32,000 nt of DNA from Candidatus Heimdallarchaeota archaeon B3_Heim (GTDB lineage Archaea > Asgardarchaeota > Heimdallarchaeia > Hodarchaeales > Hodarchaeaceae), in contig NJBF01000034.1 in assembly GCA_003144275.1 (NCBI GenBank), forward strand, positions 17,060 through 49,059, read 5' to 3'. Below the pieces are notes generated by a model. The model worked only from the letters and a program-made list of their open reading frames with translations. It was not told the origin of the DNA and searched no databases. The first letter of the stretch is position 1; each line of letters begins with the position of its first letter. Made by a program: the position numbers and the translations under genes. Positions 1 to 9,510 of the stretch are shown one piece after another.

Positions 1-739
1 GTAAAGTATGATGTACCCGCTCTAAAACTGCTAAATGAACCTCTTGGATAAAACTTCTAGGTACTCCTTTATCTAAACCTATTTGAACTGGAGTTGTCAA
101 TCCCACTGTTTGTAGTTCCAATACTCCACGAGTGAGTCGTAAGCCAAATAATATAAGACGCAGAACAATCAAAATAACAAGAATACTGATGATTATAACC
201 GTCATTTGTGCCAAGAAGGAATCTATCAAAACATTTGTTAATATAAACATCATTAGTGAAACTGTGAGTGTTCCTAATAGAGCTAATCCTAGCGCTCCTC
301 GATTAAATGGTGCACGTCCATACGAGATAATTGAAATTTGATCGATTGAAAGAGAAAGCTCACGTTTGACCCTAAGAATTTTTTCCAGAATACTTAGGTA
401 CTTTATTACCACTCGTTCAGAAGATAAGAAAATCATTTCCACTCGTGTAGCAGAGTATACAACACCAATAAAAAGAAGAGCTAGTAATGTAGTTATCATT
501 ATGAAGGGAATGAATAATGTAGAGTTAAATATCCCTAATAAAATTACACTAATTATCACAACAAGAATAATAAAGGCCGCTAAATATAGAGATTCAGAAA
601 AATAGATGATTTCTGTTGCCGATACTAGCTTTTCTTCGTGAATCAACATTTTTTTCGCTTCATTGTTCAAGTTATACACCCCAACGAGTAAAGCCAACAT
701 CCTTAATCGAAATTTTTGGCGAATGTCCCTAATAATCAT
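1..739 (-). CDS. Membrane protein with PH-like (bPH/YdbS-YdbT-type) module; 3' end runs off the window
   Basis: Manual translation: ATG at 739 overlaps the upstream TAA (TAATG), and the frame stays open to base 1 (MIIRDIRQKFRLRMLALL...IFLSSERVVIKYLSILEKILRVKRELSLSIDQISIISYG...). TM pairs flank a beta-rich soluble segment, as in the upstream gene. Absent from the ORF track because no stop lies in the window. Confidence 0.75.
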   Translation of the reverse strand, partial: MIIRDIRQKFRLRMLALLVGVYNLNNEAKKMLIHEEKLVSATEIIYFSESLYLAAFIILVVIISVILLGIFNSTLFIPFIMITTLLALLFIGVVYSATRVEMIFLSSERVVIKYLSILEKILRVKRELSLSIDQISIISYGRAPFNRGALGLALLGTLTVSLMMFILTNVLIDSFLAQMTVIIISILVILIVLRLILFGLRLTRGVLELQTVGLTTPVQIGLDKGVPRSFIQEVHLAVLERVHHTL

Positions 740-2922
740 TATAATACCTCACTTAGTTTATTGACACCTTTAATATATGGGATTAACAAAGAGAAAAAGC
801 GGCTTTGAATTGACAGACTATATCGGGGAATTAGGGTGAATAGTTCAGATATAAATCTTGATATAATGATAATAACAACGAATGCTATCAACATTTCAGC
901 AAAATTAAGCAATATATGATATTCAATGGTCGAATGACGGATCATAGTATCAATATGTCTTAATGCAACAAACGACAAAAATAATTGCAGAAGAAGAAGT
1001 ATCAGTCTATGTGCAGAAGCAGGGATTTGCATGCGAAAATTGAGGCCCAAAATCGCTTCATTCTTAATTTCAGTAATTGTTCGTTGGGGTAATATGCCAA
1101 TCGTTCGAGCAATACGACGAGGCAATATTTCGTCAATAAATAGTAACCGACGTTCACCTGTTGATTCACGTTCAACAATTATTAGGGATCTATAACGATT
1201 GATCAACTGACTTAATGAAAGGATGGTAATCGAAATAAGTGAAATAAAAACAAAGATAGGCTTTAGCTGTGGAATTAGGTTATTCTGTAAAAATATCATG
1301 AAAGTAATCGCTAGTAAGAAACCCACCAATATCGATTGTCGATGATACGCCTTTGGCCCATATTTTCTCCAGGTTTCAACAATTTTTTCATCCCTATCAA
1401 GAAGATGGGTAAATTTTATTACATGACTCACATCTCGATGAGATTTATCAGACTCTGGGACAACTCGGCGACAGGCATTGAATAATCCCAGAATATTATC
1501 TTCATTGAGAATATTGGGAAATAATATCTCGTAGGGGACAAATCCTCGTATAGATTTCTCTTCGATGCGATGAGAAAACCATGAAAGTATTGCAGGAAGG
1601 CGATAACCAAAAGTTAGATTGGTACCTGAACTAGCTAAAAATGATATATTAGTGAAAGTACGGAAGAATGATAGAAAGAAAACAATAGCTAATGTGAAAC
1701 TAATAAATAACCAACCAATATCATTACTCTCATAGGTGGACAAGAGACCAAATAAGATAGTAGTTCCAATAAGAAGAGTTCCTGGAAGCGATATACCTGA
1801 AAAATTACTGATTGTAAAACCTTGTAAAAGTGATAGGGGTAACTCAGAATAAGTGTAAACTCGCTTACCCCATAATCCAGAAACTAAATTGCGCTCTTGT
1901 TGAATTATTAATCGTAAATTAGTCACAGCAAAACGAACATAACTTTTTGCAAATCGTATGGTATTTATAACTAGCAGAAACCCAAATATTCTAAGTAATC
2001 CAATAACGAGAGTTGTAAAAGAGAATGAATTTAGTATGAATGTGAAATTCTCAAGAGAATTAAGAAAAAATAGTAATCCAATTATTCCTAAGAATTGTGT
2101 TTTCTTGTCGATAAACCCTACTTGAGTTCTATAAGTCACAGTTTCATTTTCTAAGAGAGGAAGATCCCATGACCAATCTATTTGGGAGCTTAAGATTCTA
2201 TTTTTTCTGCTCACACTAGCTAGTAATGTGTGTAACTCCCGTGGATTACCTGCATTCAATCGAAATATTCTACCTCCAGTGGTTCGTATTTCTAATTCAG
2301 ATCGGTGGGGAAAACCGAATAGAAAGATTAAACCCCCAATGATTAGTAATGATAATCCCAAGTATGGTAAAAATTCAAGAATAGGATGGAGAAGATCGAA
2401 AAGGAATGAATTAAGAGGCGTACTAATATCCCCCACGAATATTTCAAGCAAAAAGAGAATAATCTCGACTTCTATTGGCAAAGAAAGATTCTGTGATAAG
2501 CCAAATTCGAGAAACATTAAGGCTTGTTGAATAATAAAAAACCCTGTAAGAATGATCCCTATTTTAATACGGGGCGTGATAGTTATCGTTTCAATATATT
2601 CTAAGTTAAAAGAATGAGTTTTAGAGAAGAATCCAATATTCCAAAAACGTTTCCTAGCAGAAAAACGTTTGTTGGATAATACAAGATCCCAAGGAGTAAC
2701 AAGTATTGGAAAAAAGATTAAAATAGTTAATAATAAACAAACAAGTGTTATTATACCTTCTATCGTACCAAATGCTAAGAAAGAGAGTATGGTTAAACAG
2801 AAAATGACTAAAATGACTCCGAAAATACGACCATATTGAATTTCAAAAACTCGTCCCGAAAATAATTTTCGTTCATGATTAACAGGATACAACCAGGGAC
2901 TTTTTAGGTCTGGAAATCGCAT
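739..2922 (-). CDS. Multi-pass membrane protein with about three repeated TM/PH-like modules
   Basis: ORF 739..3132; ATG at 2922 (MRFPDLK) is the likely start because upstream starts overlap the divergent ABC gene region. Repeated segments LVLSNKRF, FAVTNLRLII and LIIVERE each follow a TM pair; the xTNxRLI pattern is typical of bacterial PH domains. The domain call is an inference. Confidence 0.65.
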   Translation of the reverse strand: MRFPDLKSPWLYPVNHERKLFSGRVFEIQYGRIFGVILVIFCLTILSFLAFGTIEGIITLVCLLLTILIFFPILVTPWDLVLSNKRFSARKRFWNIGFFSKTHSFNLEYIETITITPRIKIGIILTGFFIIQQALMFLEFGLSQNLSLPIEVEIILFLLEIFVGDISTPLNSFLFDLLHPILEFLPYLGLSLLIIGGLIFLFGFPHRSELEIRTTGGRIFRLNAGNPRELHTLLASVSRKNRILSSQIDWSWDLPLLENETVTYRTQVGFIDKKTQFLGIIGLLFFLNSLENFTFILNSFSFTTLVIGLLRIFGFLLVINTIRFAKSYVRFAVTNLRLIIQQERNLVSGLWGKRVYTYSELPLSLLQGFTISNFSGISLPGTLLIGTTILFGLLSTYESNDIGWLFISFTLAIVFFLSFFRTFTNISFLASSGTNLTFGYRLPAILSWFSHRIEEKSIRGFVPYEILFPNILNEDNILGLFNACRRVVPESDKSHRDVSHVIKFTHLLDRDEKIVETWRKYGPKAYHRQSILVGFLLAITFMIFLQNNLIPQLKPIFVFISLISITILSLSQLINRYRSLIIVERESTGERRLLFIDEILPRRIARTIGILPQRTITEIKNEAILGLNFRMQIPASAHRLILLLLQLFLSFVALRHIDTMIRHSTIEYHILLNFAEMLIAFVVIIIISRFISELFTLIPRYSLSIQSRFFSLLIPYIKGVNKLSEVL

Positions 2923-3087
2923 TACATTATCAACCGAAGGAGAATTAATAAATTCTTGCCCATTTTTTCCGAAAATAATTCGAAAATCAGAAGAAATCCA
3001 CACCAACACATCTATCATACCAACAAAAATATAATAAGGAATATAATTTCGTTTAGCCCCCCCAGTTCTTTTTTGAGGCATTACAAA

Positions 3088-4932
3088 TTGACATCCGACT
3101 CCGCTAGCCGTAACCAAAATTATCTTTCTCAACGCTGGTACTCGCGCGGATACAAATGGTGGCTTTTAGGACACGTTCTTAAACATCGTTGGAAAATTCT
3201 AATTATAACAGTAACTACGATTATTGGTATCTTCCTTCAGACCTTAATTCCATTCATCCTGGGGTACGTCTTTGAGACTATACCCTCTGGTGAACTCAGT
3301 CTCATTCTGAGTGCTGGTACACTTATAATCGCAATTGGATTAATGAAGCTGGTAACAAATTCCATCGCGGCAGCCTTGAATGAAATAATTGCCCAATATG
3401 TCGAGATGCAGATTAGAATTGAATTTTATCAAAATTTAGAGACAAAATCAATGAGTTTTCACGATACAAGTCGAGCTGGGGATCTAATTCAAATGGCGAC
3501 TGGAGATACACGCCAGATAAATGCCAGCATTTCACCTGGAGTACGAATAACGGTAACTACTGTTTCAACACTACTTTTTACTTGGATAGCAATGTTTATT
3601 GCGTCACCGACTCTCTCAATGGTGTTTTTACTTACACTACCCCTCTATATATTCTCCTTAAACCGATTTGGGAAGAAATTACATCCCCTTTCCAAGCAAA
3701 GACAAGCCTGTGTGGCAAGAATGAATGCAGAATTACAGGAAAATTTGACTGGAGTTCGAGTAGTTAGGACATTTTCTGTTCAAGAACAGGAAATTGAGAA
3801 GTTTTCAGCAACTCTTGAAAATTTGGAAGACATTCTGAAAGTACGAGGAGTTACTTCAGCTTTTTATGTACCTAGTTTAGTATTGGGAATAACTACTGCG
3901 TTCATATTTATTGCAGGCGTGTATCTAATGGATATCACATTGTTGGGAGTCGCAAATGTTAGTATTTTTGGTTATTCCGTTTACATACAATCTGTTGGAA
4001 TGGGTGAAATAATAACATTCCTAGGCCTTACAAGTATACTTGCTATGCCAACAATGTTTCTGCGCTGGATCTTAGACATGACTCTTTTAGGCTTTGCTGG
4101 CGCAGCACGAATCTTTAATGTCGTAATTCATGATAATGTTATAGAAACTGGAGATTACATCCCTGAAAAGGAACCTCAAGGCCAGATAAAATTTGAAAGC
4201 GTATATTTTTCGTACAAAGAAGATAGCCCATCAGTATTGAATAATATAGCGTTAACAATTAAACCAGGAGAAACTGTAGCAATAATTGGTCCTACAGGTT
4301 GTGGAAAGACTACTTTGGGGAAAATGATATATCGGTTATATGATGTAACAAAGGGATCTGTTCTGATAGACAATGTTAATGTGAAAGATTGGGATATCAA
4401 AACACTACGCTGTCTTGTTGGCGTTATAGAGCAAGATACTTTTCTCTTTTCAACTTCCATAAGAAATAATATCACATATGGAAAAGACAATGCTACTAAC
4501 GAAGAAATTATGGCTGCAGCTATTGCTGCTCAAGCTCATGACTTTATACAAGAATTTACTGAAGGATATGACACAATTGTGGGAGAAAGAGGGGTTACGT
4601 TAAGTGGGGGACAACGTCAGCGAATTGCAATGGCCCGTGGATTTTTAGCTGACCCTAGAATATTAATTATGGATGATGCTACCTCAGCTGTTGATGCAGC
4701 GACAGAGGCACGTATCCAGAAAGCTATTCTGAACCTCCAAGAAGGACGAACAACAATAATCATCACACATAGGTTGGCGACACTAAAGACTGCAAATAAA
4801 ATAATTTTTATGGAGAGGGGAAATATTGTACGTATTGGGAACCATGCAGAATTAATTACAAGTTTTGCGCCATATAGACGAATTTTTAGACGCTATATGA
4901 CACTACCTCCTTTAGTTATTGAAGGGAATTAA
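3088..4932 (+). CDS. ABC exporter subunit (TMD-NBD) with degenerate Walker B
   Basis: Walker A GPTGCGKTT, signature LSGGQRQR, Walker B ILIMDD (D in place of the catalytic E), H-loop ITHR. Likely start is TTG at 3088 after GAGG. Confidence 0.92.
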   Translation: MTSDSASRNQNYLSQRWYSRGYKWWLLGHVLKHRWKILIITVTTIIGIFLQTLIPFILGYVFETIPSGELSLILSAGTLIIAIGLMKLVTNSIAAALNEIIAQYVEMQIRIEFYQNLETKSMSFHDTSRAGDLIQMATGDTRQINASISPGVRITVTTVSTLLFTWIAMFIASPTLSMVFLLTLPLYIFSLNRFGKKLHPLSKQRQACVARMNAELQENLTGVRVVRTFSVQEQEIEKFSATLENLEDILKVRGVTSAFYVPSLVLGITTAFIFIAGVYLMDITLLGVANVSIFGYSVYIQSVGMGEIITFLGLTSILAMPTMFLRWILDMTLLGFAGAARIFNVVIHDNVIETGDYIPEKEPQGQIKFESVYFSYKEDSPSVLNNIALTIKPGETVAIIGPTGCGKTTLGKMIYRLYDVTKGSVLIDNVNVKDWDIKTLRCLVGVIEQDTFLFSTSIRNNITYGKDNATNEEIMAAAIAAQAHDFIQEFTEGYDTIVGERGVTLSGGQRQRIAMARGFLADPRILIMDDATSAVDAATEARIQKAILNLQEGRTTIIITHRLATLKTANKIIFMERGNIVRIGNHAELITSFAPYRRIFRRYMTLPPLVIEGN

Positions 4933-4933
4933 T

Positions 4934-6721
4934 ATGGCATTCAGTAGCGCGCAAAAAAGTGATTACGATCAAGAGTACTCTTTCAAAGAGATCCTTGTTC
5001 GTCTTTGGGCATTTGCGGTTACAGAAAAGAGGAGACTTCTTCTTATACTAGCATTGTTTATGATAAACACCGTAATAAGTATAATTGTTCCGTTATTTCT
5101 ACGAGAAGCAATTAACGAGCTTAGTAAAACCGATCCGGATTTTAATTTTGTCCAATCTCTTGGATGGGGCAATTTAATAGGAACGGTGATGTTATGGATA
5201 GGCCTGTATTTAATCATTCGTTCAGAATGGTCAATAATAGCAAAAACTGTGACAACTTTACGTTTAAAGATGTTTATCCAGTTGCAAGTCCATGATCTTT
5301 CTTTTTATGACAAAAATAAAACTGGACGAATCATGAGTCGCGTTGTAAATGATGCATGGGAACTAGGTAACTTTATGCTGATTTTTGTGGAGCTTGCAGC
5401 AAATTTCATTACAATTGTTGGCATGATTGGAATCTTGTTCTATATTCATTCTGTATTAACACTCATTCTATTTATGATTGCCCCGATAATCTTTGTATTT
5501 ACACTTGGTCTTGGTTATTTGCTCATGCGATTCAATCGTCTTTGTAGGCGTACTGTAGGTGCTGTAAATGGGGCAACTCAAGAAAGTATTGCTGGAATCA
5601 TGGTTACTAAGAGCTTTGCTCGGGAAGCTCAAAACATAGAAGAATTCGTTGAACTAAACAATGAAAATTTACGTGCTAATATTAACCGTTCTCTGGTATT
5701 TAGCACCATGTTTCCAATACTTGAGTTTGTGTCAACATTAATATACTTCTTAATCGTAACCTCTGGGGGTGGTTTTGTAATTGATGGATCAATTACGATT
5801 GGTGATTTGTGGTTATTCTATATTTACTCTCTACTACTAATTCAACCTCTGATTAGTTTTTCTCAACAAATTGCTCAATTCCAGATTGGCCGTGCTGCTG
5901 CAGAACGCATTTTTTCCCTTATTGAAATTCCTAGTGAAATGAAATGGGGTGATATTATTCCTGGAGCAGATGTGAGAGGACATATCGAATTTAAAGATGT
6001 TACATTTGGATATTCAAAAGATGATCCTCCTTTGTTTTCACATTTAAACGTTACAATCCCAGCAGGACAAAATATAGCATTAGTCGGTCATACAGGGTCA
6101 GGAAAAACATCTTTTATATCACTGCTAGCACGTTTCTATGAATTTCAAGCTGGTGATATATATTTAGATGGCTATTCGATTAAAGCCTATGATATCGATG
6201 CTTATCGCAGTACATTGGGTATTGTATTGCAAGACCCTTTTTTATTTAGTGGTTCGATTGAAGAAAACATTAGATATGGTTCCCAGAAAGAGATTAGCGC
6301 TGAAACTCTTCAATCTGCGATTATGGCAACTCACGTTATTGATTTTGTTGAATTTCTACCCGAAGGATTACAAACCGATGTAGGGGAAAGAGGAGCTAAA
6401 GTGTCATTAGGACAAAGACAGTTGGTTAGCTTCGCACGGGCTTTAGTCGCTAATCCTAAAATCCTCATTCTTGATGAGGCAACTGCTTCTGTTGATGCTT
6501 ATACTGAAAGCTTAATACAAGATGGAATTGATAATTTGTTTGAAGGACGAACGAGTATAGTTGTTGCACATCGTTTATCGACAATAATTTCAGCAGATCG
6601 AATCCTCGTATTTAATCAGGGAGAGATTATCGGAGATGGAACTCATGAGGAACTAATGGTAAACAATGAGGTATATCGTGACCTTTATCAAACATATTAT
6701 GAGTTTCAGGGTAGAGTTTAA
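4934..6721 (+). CDS. ABC exporter subunit (TMD-NBD) with degenerate signature
   Basis: Walker A GHTGSGKTS, signature VSLGQRQ (degenerate), canonical ILILDEAT, VAHR. ATG lies 1 nt after the upstream TAA. Together with 3088..4932 this gives the TM287/288-type heterodimer pattern. Confidence 0.92.
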   Translation: MAFSSAQKSDYDQEYSFKEILVRLWAFAVTEKRRLLLILALFMINTVISIIVPLFLREAINELSKTDPDFNFVQSLGWGNLIGTVMLWIGLYLIIRSEWSIIAKTVTTLRLKMFIQLQVHDLSFYDKNKTGRIMSRVVNDAWELGNFMLIFVELAANFITIVGMIGILFYIHSVLTLILFMIAPIIFVFTLGLGYLLMRFNRLCRRTVGAVNGATQESIAGIMVTKSFAREAQNIEEFVELNNENLRANINRSLVFSTMFPILEFVSTLIYFLIVTSGGGFVIDGSITIGDLWLFYIYSLLLIQPLISFSQQIAQFQIGRAAAERIFSLIEIPSEMKWGDIIPGADVRGHIEFKDVTFGYSKDDPPLFSHLNVTIPAGQNIALVGHTGSGKTSFISLLARFYEFQAGDIYLDGYSIKAYDIDAYRSTLGIVLQDPFLFSGSIEENIRYGSQKEISAETLQSAIMATHVIDFVEFLPEGLQTDVGERGAKVSLGQRQLVSFARALVANPKILILDEATASVDAYTESLIQDGIDNLFEGRTSIVVAHRLSTIISADRILVFNQGEIIGDGTHEELMVNNEVYRDLYQTYYEFQGRV

Positions 6722-6925
6722 GGTATTTAGAGAGGAGAGAAGTTTATCTGAAGGTAAAGCATGCAGCTTCGTACTTAGCTCTACTAGGAGCAGCGGTATT
6801 ATAGGGAACAAAATATCCTTTCCTAAAGTGGGAGTTTTGCTAATCTGACAAATCTTTTTACTAGATTGCATGACAAATTCCTAGTCAAATGGAAGAAAAA
6901 ATATATAACTACGAAAGACCGTTTG

Positions 6926-6958
6926 TAATGTCAGACATTATTTGTTTTCGTCTGACAT
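6926..6958. promoter_or_regulatory. Tandem palindromic operator-like sites upstream of the RHH gene
   Basis: TAATGTC-A-GACATTA (6926-6940) is a perfect 7-bp inverted repeat. GTC-T-GACAT (6950-6958) is a second copy 20 bp centre to centre, immediately before the start codon. Confidence 0.55.
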
Positions 6959-6966
6959 AATGAAAA

Positions 6967-7257
6967 ATGGTGATGATGATTCCACGAAAAAGCTTGTCCA
7001 AGGGTGAATCGCGCCGACTCTCTATTCGAATATCGAGTGAAGTTGAGCAAATCCTCTCTCTAGTTGATGAAAAAAGAAAATCTCCTTTTGTACGAGATGC
7101 TATTTTATATTACGCCAAATTTGGTAATAGTCCAGATCTGAGTCCTAGGACATACAGTGATCATTTTTCAGAAGATTATAAAGGTTCTAGTAAGGAATTC
7201 GATGAAACAGAGTCTACTCCAATCGTGGTTGTAAATAAACCCGCTTGGCAGAGATAA
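6967..7257 (+). CDS. Ribbon-helix-helix (CopG-like) DNA-binding protein
   Basis: RRLSIRISSEVEQILSLVDEKRKSPFVRDAILYY fits the beta-strand/helix/helix RHH pattern, followed by an acidic tail. The start may be 6973. Confidence 0.7.
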   Translation: MVMMIPRKSLSKGESRRLSIRISSEVEQILSLVDEKRKSPFVRDAILYYAKFGNSPDLSPRTYSDHFSEDYKGSSKEFDETESTPIVVVNKPAWQR

Positions 7258-7283
7258 TGTCGAAATGAGGAACAAGGATACCC

Positions 7284-9260
7284 TCAGTAATCCCAATAAT
7301 AGTTACGGTAGAATTCTTCAATTACCTTTGGTTCTGGAATTTCCATTTTATCCCAAACATAAATTACTTCCTCCAGTTCCCTTTCACAGGCTTGTCCCTT
7401 GAACAGTTTCTTCAAGAAATTACCTCGCTCTTTTATATCTCTTTTAACAAATGCTAGATATTCCTTTTCACTATAATAGCGAAGACGATTGAACATCCTT
7501 CCAAAACGTTTCATTTCCCATTTATTCTCAAGCTCATTTGGATCAGGAAGAAGAATTCTTTCACCAAAAACCGGATGAGAAATCCATTGTTCAATTTTAC
7601 GATGCTCTGCAAGATCTAATAATCGTTTAGAGTGGGGAACCCTCACTTTCTTTCCTTGTCCTTGATAAACAATTTCTCCCAGTTCATTTCTGAGAATTTT
7701 ACCAGAATTTCTGTCAATCTTTGGTAAAAAATCACCATTTTCATCGGTTAATCGAATTTGATTGCCATTAATATCGTGTTCACCAATGGCTCCGGTATTA
7801 ATCACAATGAAAGCTAGTTTACCATCTGGTCCAAGTCCCATGTCTTTGTACATTTCCAACTTCAGTAGAGCTTGATGACAATGTTCACGGGCCATAAAAT
7901 CTGTAGCTGCATAAGAGCGGACTCTCGTTCCAGGTTTTTTAGCTGCCACTGCAGAGGTAATTATTGACTCTATGCCGCTATCTAACGCAACAGCAATAAT
8001 TGGATCGACTACTCGAAACATAGGATGCATATAATCGAACCGTTTCATAGAAAGGACGATAGTTTTAAGATAACGGGGTACTTCACAAGTCCCCCAATCA
8101 GGATTTAACTCAGAGAAAGAAAATATAAATCGACCATTTGTTGTACCCGAGCTATGATATTGTGTGCAGAGAAGAGATCCTACCTCTTTTCCTTCCTCTA
8201 CCTCAGGGACTTTAACGTTGTAACCATTTATATTCTTAATTTGGTATTTAACGTTTTCACAGTCGATGTTCATGGCTAAAACAACAGGATGTTCCCCATT
8301 TTCGTCCACTTCTAAGGATTTCATAAGGCCTGGCCATTCAGGACATAATGGGCCTAAATTCTGAGATTTAGCAAACGAACCTGCCTCTAACCCAATTAAT
8401 TGAACTTTTTCAATCTTATTTGTCTCTGAGTTTCGTATGATTTTTCCAATACAGGCGTCATCTTGCTGTAGTTCAGGACCCACAGATAAAGTGGTTTTCC
8501 CTGTACCAGATAATCCCTTGAGGACTCTATCTGATGTCATTCCTGCATGATAAGAAATAAATCCATCTGATTCGGCTTTGTTCCAAACCATTGTAAGATT
8601 TGGTTTTTTATATGCTCCACCAAAATAGTCAACCCGTAAGCTCATCACACGGCGTTTATTCTGCTCCATTTCACTGAAATCGTATAATGTGATTGGCTCT
8701 TTCGGATCAAAGTTCGGCCAAAATTCCCGTATTTCATTTATATACCGTAAAGGTAATCGTTCCTGAACAATGAAGTTCCAGCAGTCAATTTGCTGGTTTT
8801 CCTTCGGTGGAAATACCATTAACTTACCGAACCAACCAATATAGGTTGAATGAGGATTTTTTGCGCTAATTGTTACTCGAAGACCAACTTCATAACCGTG
8901 TTCCCCCTGAATTCCATCTTGCACAATAACGGGTACGTTTTCCTCTCTAAGATAACGGAGAACTACTTCATATAATTTCTTCCCTCTCTCACGATCAAAA
9001 GCCTTCTGTCCTTGTCCTAGACGATATCCCTCTGGTACCATATAGTACGCCCGATCGGGTCGTCGACCAGCTTGAGTGGATCCGAAAAGATACTGAAAAT
9101 CTTTCGTATGAACATAATATCTTCGTAAAAATATCCTAAACCAATCATGGTCGGGATTTTTAACAATTAAGCTATTTTTTGATACCTGGCAATCATAACC
9201 AATATCTATAATGGCTTCAGTCACATCTTCCATCTCTAATGGTTTATCGTTATTTTTCAA
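7284..9260 (-). CDS. pckA: Phosphoenolpyruvate carboxykinase, ATP-type, divergent
   Basis: GLSGTGKTTLS kinase-1a motif, KK pair (YKKPN), His (YHAG), DD (QQDD), and Arg motifs GRRP and NGRF appear in the order expected for ATP-dependent PEPCK. Confidence 0.75.
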   Translation of the reverse strand: MKNNDKPLEMEDVTEAIIDIGYDCQVSKNSLIVKNPDHDWFRIFLRRYYVHTKDFQYLFGSTQAGRRPDRAYYMVPEGYRLGQGQKAFDRERGKKLYEVVLRYLREENVPVIVQDGIQGEHGYEVGLRVTISAKNPHSTYIGWFGKLMVFPPKENQQIDCWNFIVQERLPLRYINEIREFWPNFDPKEPITLYDFSEMEQNKRRVMSLRVDYFGGAYKKPNLTMVWNKAESDGFISYHAGMTSDRVLKGLSGTGKTTLSVGPELQQDDACIGKIIRNSETNKIEKVQLIGLEAGSFAKSQNLGPLCPEWPGLMKSLEVDENGEHPVVLAMNIDCENVKYQIKNINGYNVKVPEVEEGKEVGSLLCTQYHSSGTTNGRFIFSFSELNPDWGTCEVPRYLKTIVLSMKRFDYMHPMFRVVDPIIAVALDSGIESIITSAVAAKKPGTRVRSYAATDFMAREHCHQALLKLEMYKDMGLGPDGKLAFIVINTGAIGEHDINGNQIRLTDENGDFLPKIDRNSGKILRNELGEIVYQGQGKKVRVPHSKRLLDLAEHRKIEQWISHPVFGERILLPDPNELENKWEMKRFGRMFNRLRYYSEKEYLAFVKRDIKERGNFLKKLFKGQACERELEEVIYVWDKMEIPEPKVIEEFYRNYYWDY

Positions 9261-9510
9261 GTCAATCTATTTTGGAATTGACTGTAGCTAAGGCGAATTT
9301 CATGGGTTTTTTATCTTTATTGTAATAAATTACAGCCATTTCTTAGCTAAATTGGAAATATATAATAGAAGTGTTATCTTAGTGCTACAGAGAGGGAACC
9401 CCTCTGATAATCAACTATTCCGTTAAACTGTGAAGAATCTAAATATTTACCTCTAGAAAGTTGACCTAATTACCTGAAAAGGGAAAAACACACAATAGGA
9501 AGAGCAATTC

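Noticed and set aside
6666-6871. ORFs 6666..6848 and 6653..6871 as real genes
   Set aside because: They overlap the ABC gene end and the putative operator region, and have no recognisable features.
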